DNA from: Ascidiella aspersa
Lineage: Eukaryota
Assembly (NCBI GenBank): GCA_963924565.1
Contig: OZ004607.1
Coordinates: 35,960,001-36,024,000, forward strand
Length of the DNA stretch: 64,000 bases
Direction of reading: 5' to 3'
Position numbers and translations under genes: made by a program. Positions 63,282 to 64,000 of this stretch are shown in pieces (within the stretch, counting starts at the first letter, position 1; the number at the start of each line of letters is the position of its first letter). Under the pieces are notes generated by a model that was not told where the DNA came from, did not search any database, and was given only the letters and a program-made list of their open reading frames with translations.

Positions 63282-63434
63282 CGAAAGGAATCGTTCCGTT
63301 TGACCAAGAAACATAGCTGAAATTCTGTAAGTTTGGTACCAGATCGGCACCGATAGCAACAGTATCGGAAAGGTACCGATACTACCACTTGGCATCGGGT
63401 ATCGGCTCCGATCCAATGTTATCAAGCATCCCTA
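63016..63434 (-). mobile_element. MITE, CAGGGATGTCCGAT family, with internal (TA)n
   Basis: Reverse-complement homologue of 1575-1997 (CCACTTGGCATCGGGTATCGGCTCCGATCC exact); (TA)n at about 63248-63281. Confidence 0.85.
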
Positions 63435-63745
63435 GTCAACAGAATAACAGGTGTAGTTTCAAAATTAGTTTTGCTACAGCACTTTCAAATCACATAAGTC
63501 AAGCTGTATTTTAAATAAATTAAACCGCTTTAAGAGAAAGAAAATCGCTAAATAACACTCTAGTATCGGCCAGTAACGATACTAGCACTTAGCACCGGGT
63601 ATCGGCTCCGATCCGATATTATTGGGCATCCCTAGTCAACAGAATACCAGGCATAGACTCAAAATTTGTTTTATTACAACAGTTTCAAAACACATAACCC
63701 GAGCTGCACTTAAAATAAAGTAAAACTCTAAAAAAACAAAATACC
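63361..63745. repeat. 200-bp tandem duplication spanning the MITE end and its flank
   Basis: ATCGGCTCCGATCC at 63401 and 63601; GCATCCCTAGTCAACAGAATA in both units. Confidence 0.9.
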
Positions 63746-64000
63746 GGATTTTTCAAATACTTTTTAACAGGCAAATCAATTCAAATACGACCAAGTACAT
63801 TTACAGATTCAAAGATTCTGCGACAACCCTGTATTTACACCGTCCACAAATGTTTGTATTATTAAAAGAAACAGCCCAGCACCTGACATCAGGTCGAACC
63901 GTCTCGACATATATTTAGCTGCAGCTCGAAAATACGCCTGGTCAATTAGTCATACGTCCTGTTGGGGTTGCTTTGTTTGTGCTGTCGTTGAATTTGGCTT

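Overview
This is eukaryotic (metazoan-type), AT-rich, essentially non-coding DNA. No ORF in the six-frame track resembles a known protein family, and I can support no protein-coding gene. The window alternates between two kinds of sequence. (1) CpG-rich, motif-dense unique islands that look like enhancers of a regulatory gene desert or very long intron; they include perfect nuclear-receptor repeats (DR1, DR3, IR1) and at least 11 perfect TGACGTCA sites. (2) Small non-autonomous repeats: about 20 hAT-type MITEs with CAG/TAG termini and often 8-bp TSDs, including two nested pairs, plus local tandem duplications and a 118-bp satellite. The most interesting signal is five sequence-unrelated families of short, often palindromic elements. 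Each carries a minimal type I hammerhead-ribozyme fold (stem I - CUGANGA - one extra nt - stem II - GAAA - CG/GC - UH - stem I'), pointing outward from the palindrome centre. This matches the architecture of Penelope-like-element termini, but no RT or GIY-YIG ORF is present. One copy can be dated against an empty site and has a 10-bp TSD. A tRNA-Thr-like Pol III unit with a 9-nt anticodon loop lies at 51310-51384 (-). The repeat and motif profile would fit an invertebrate chordate such as an ascidian, but that is a weak inference.
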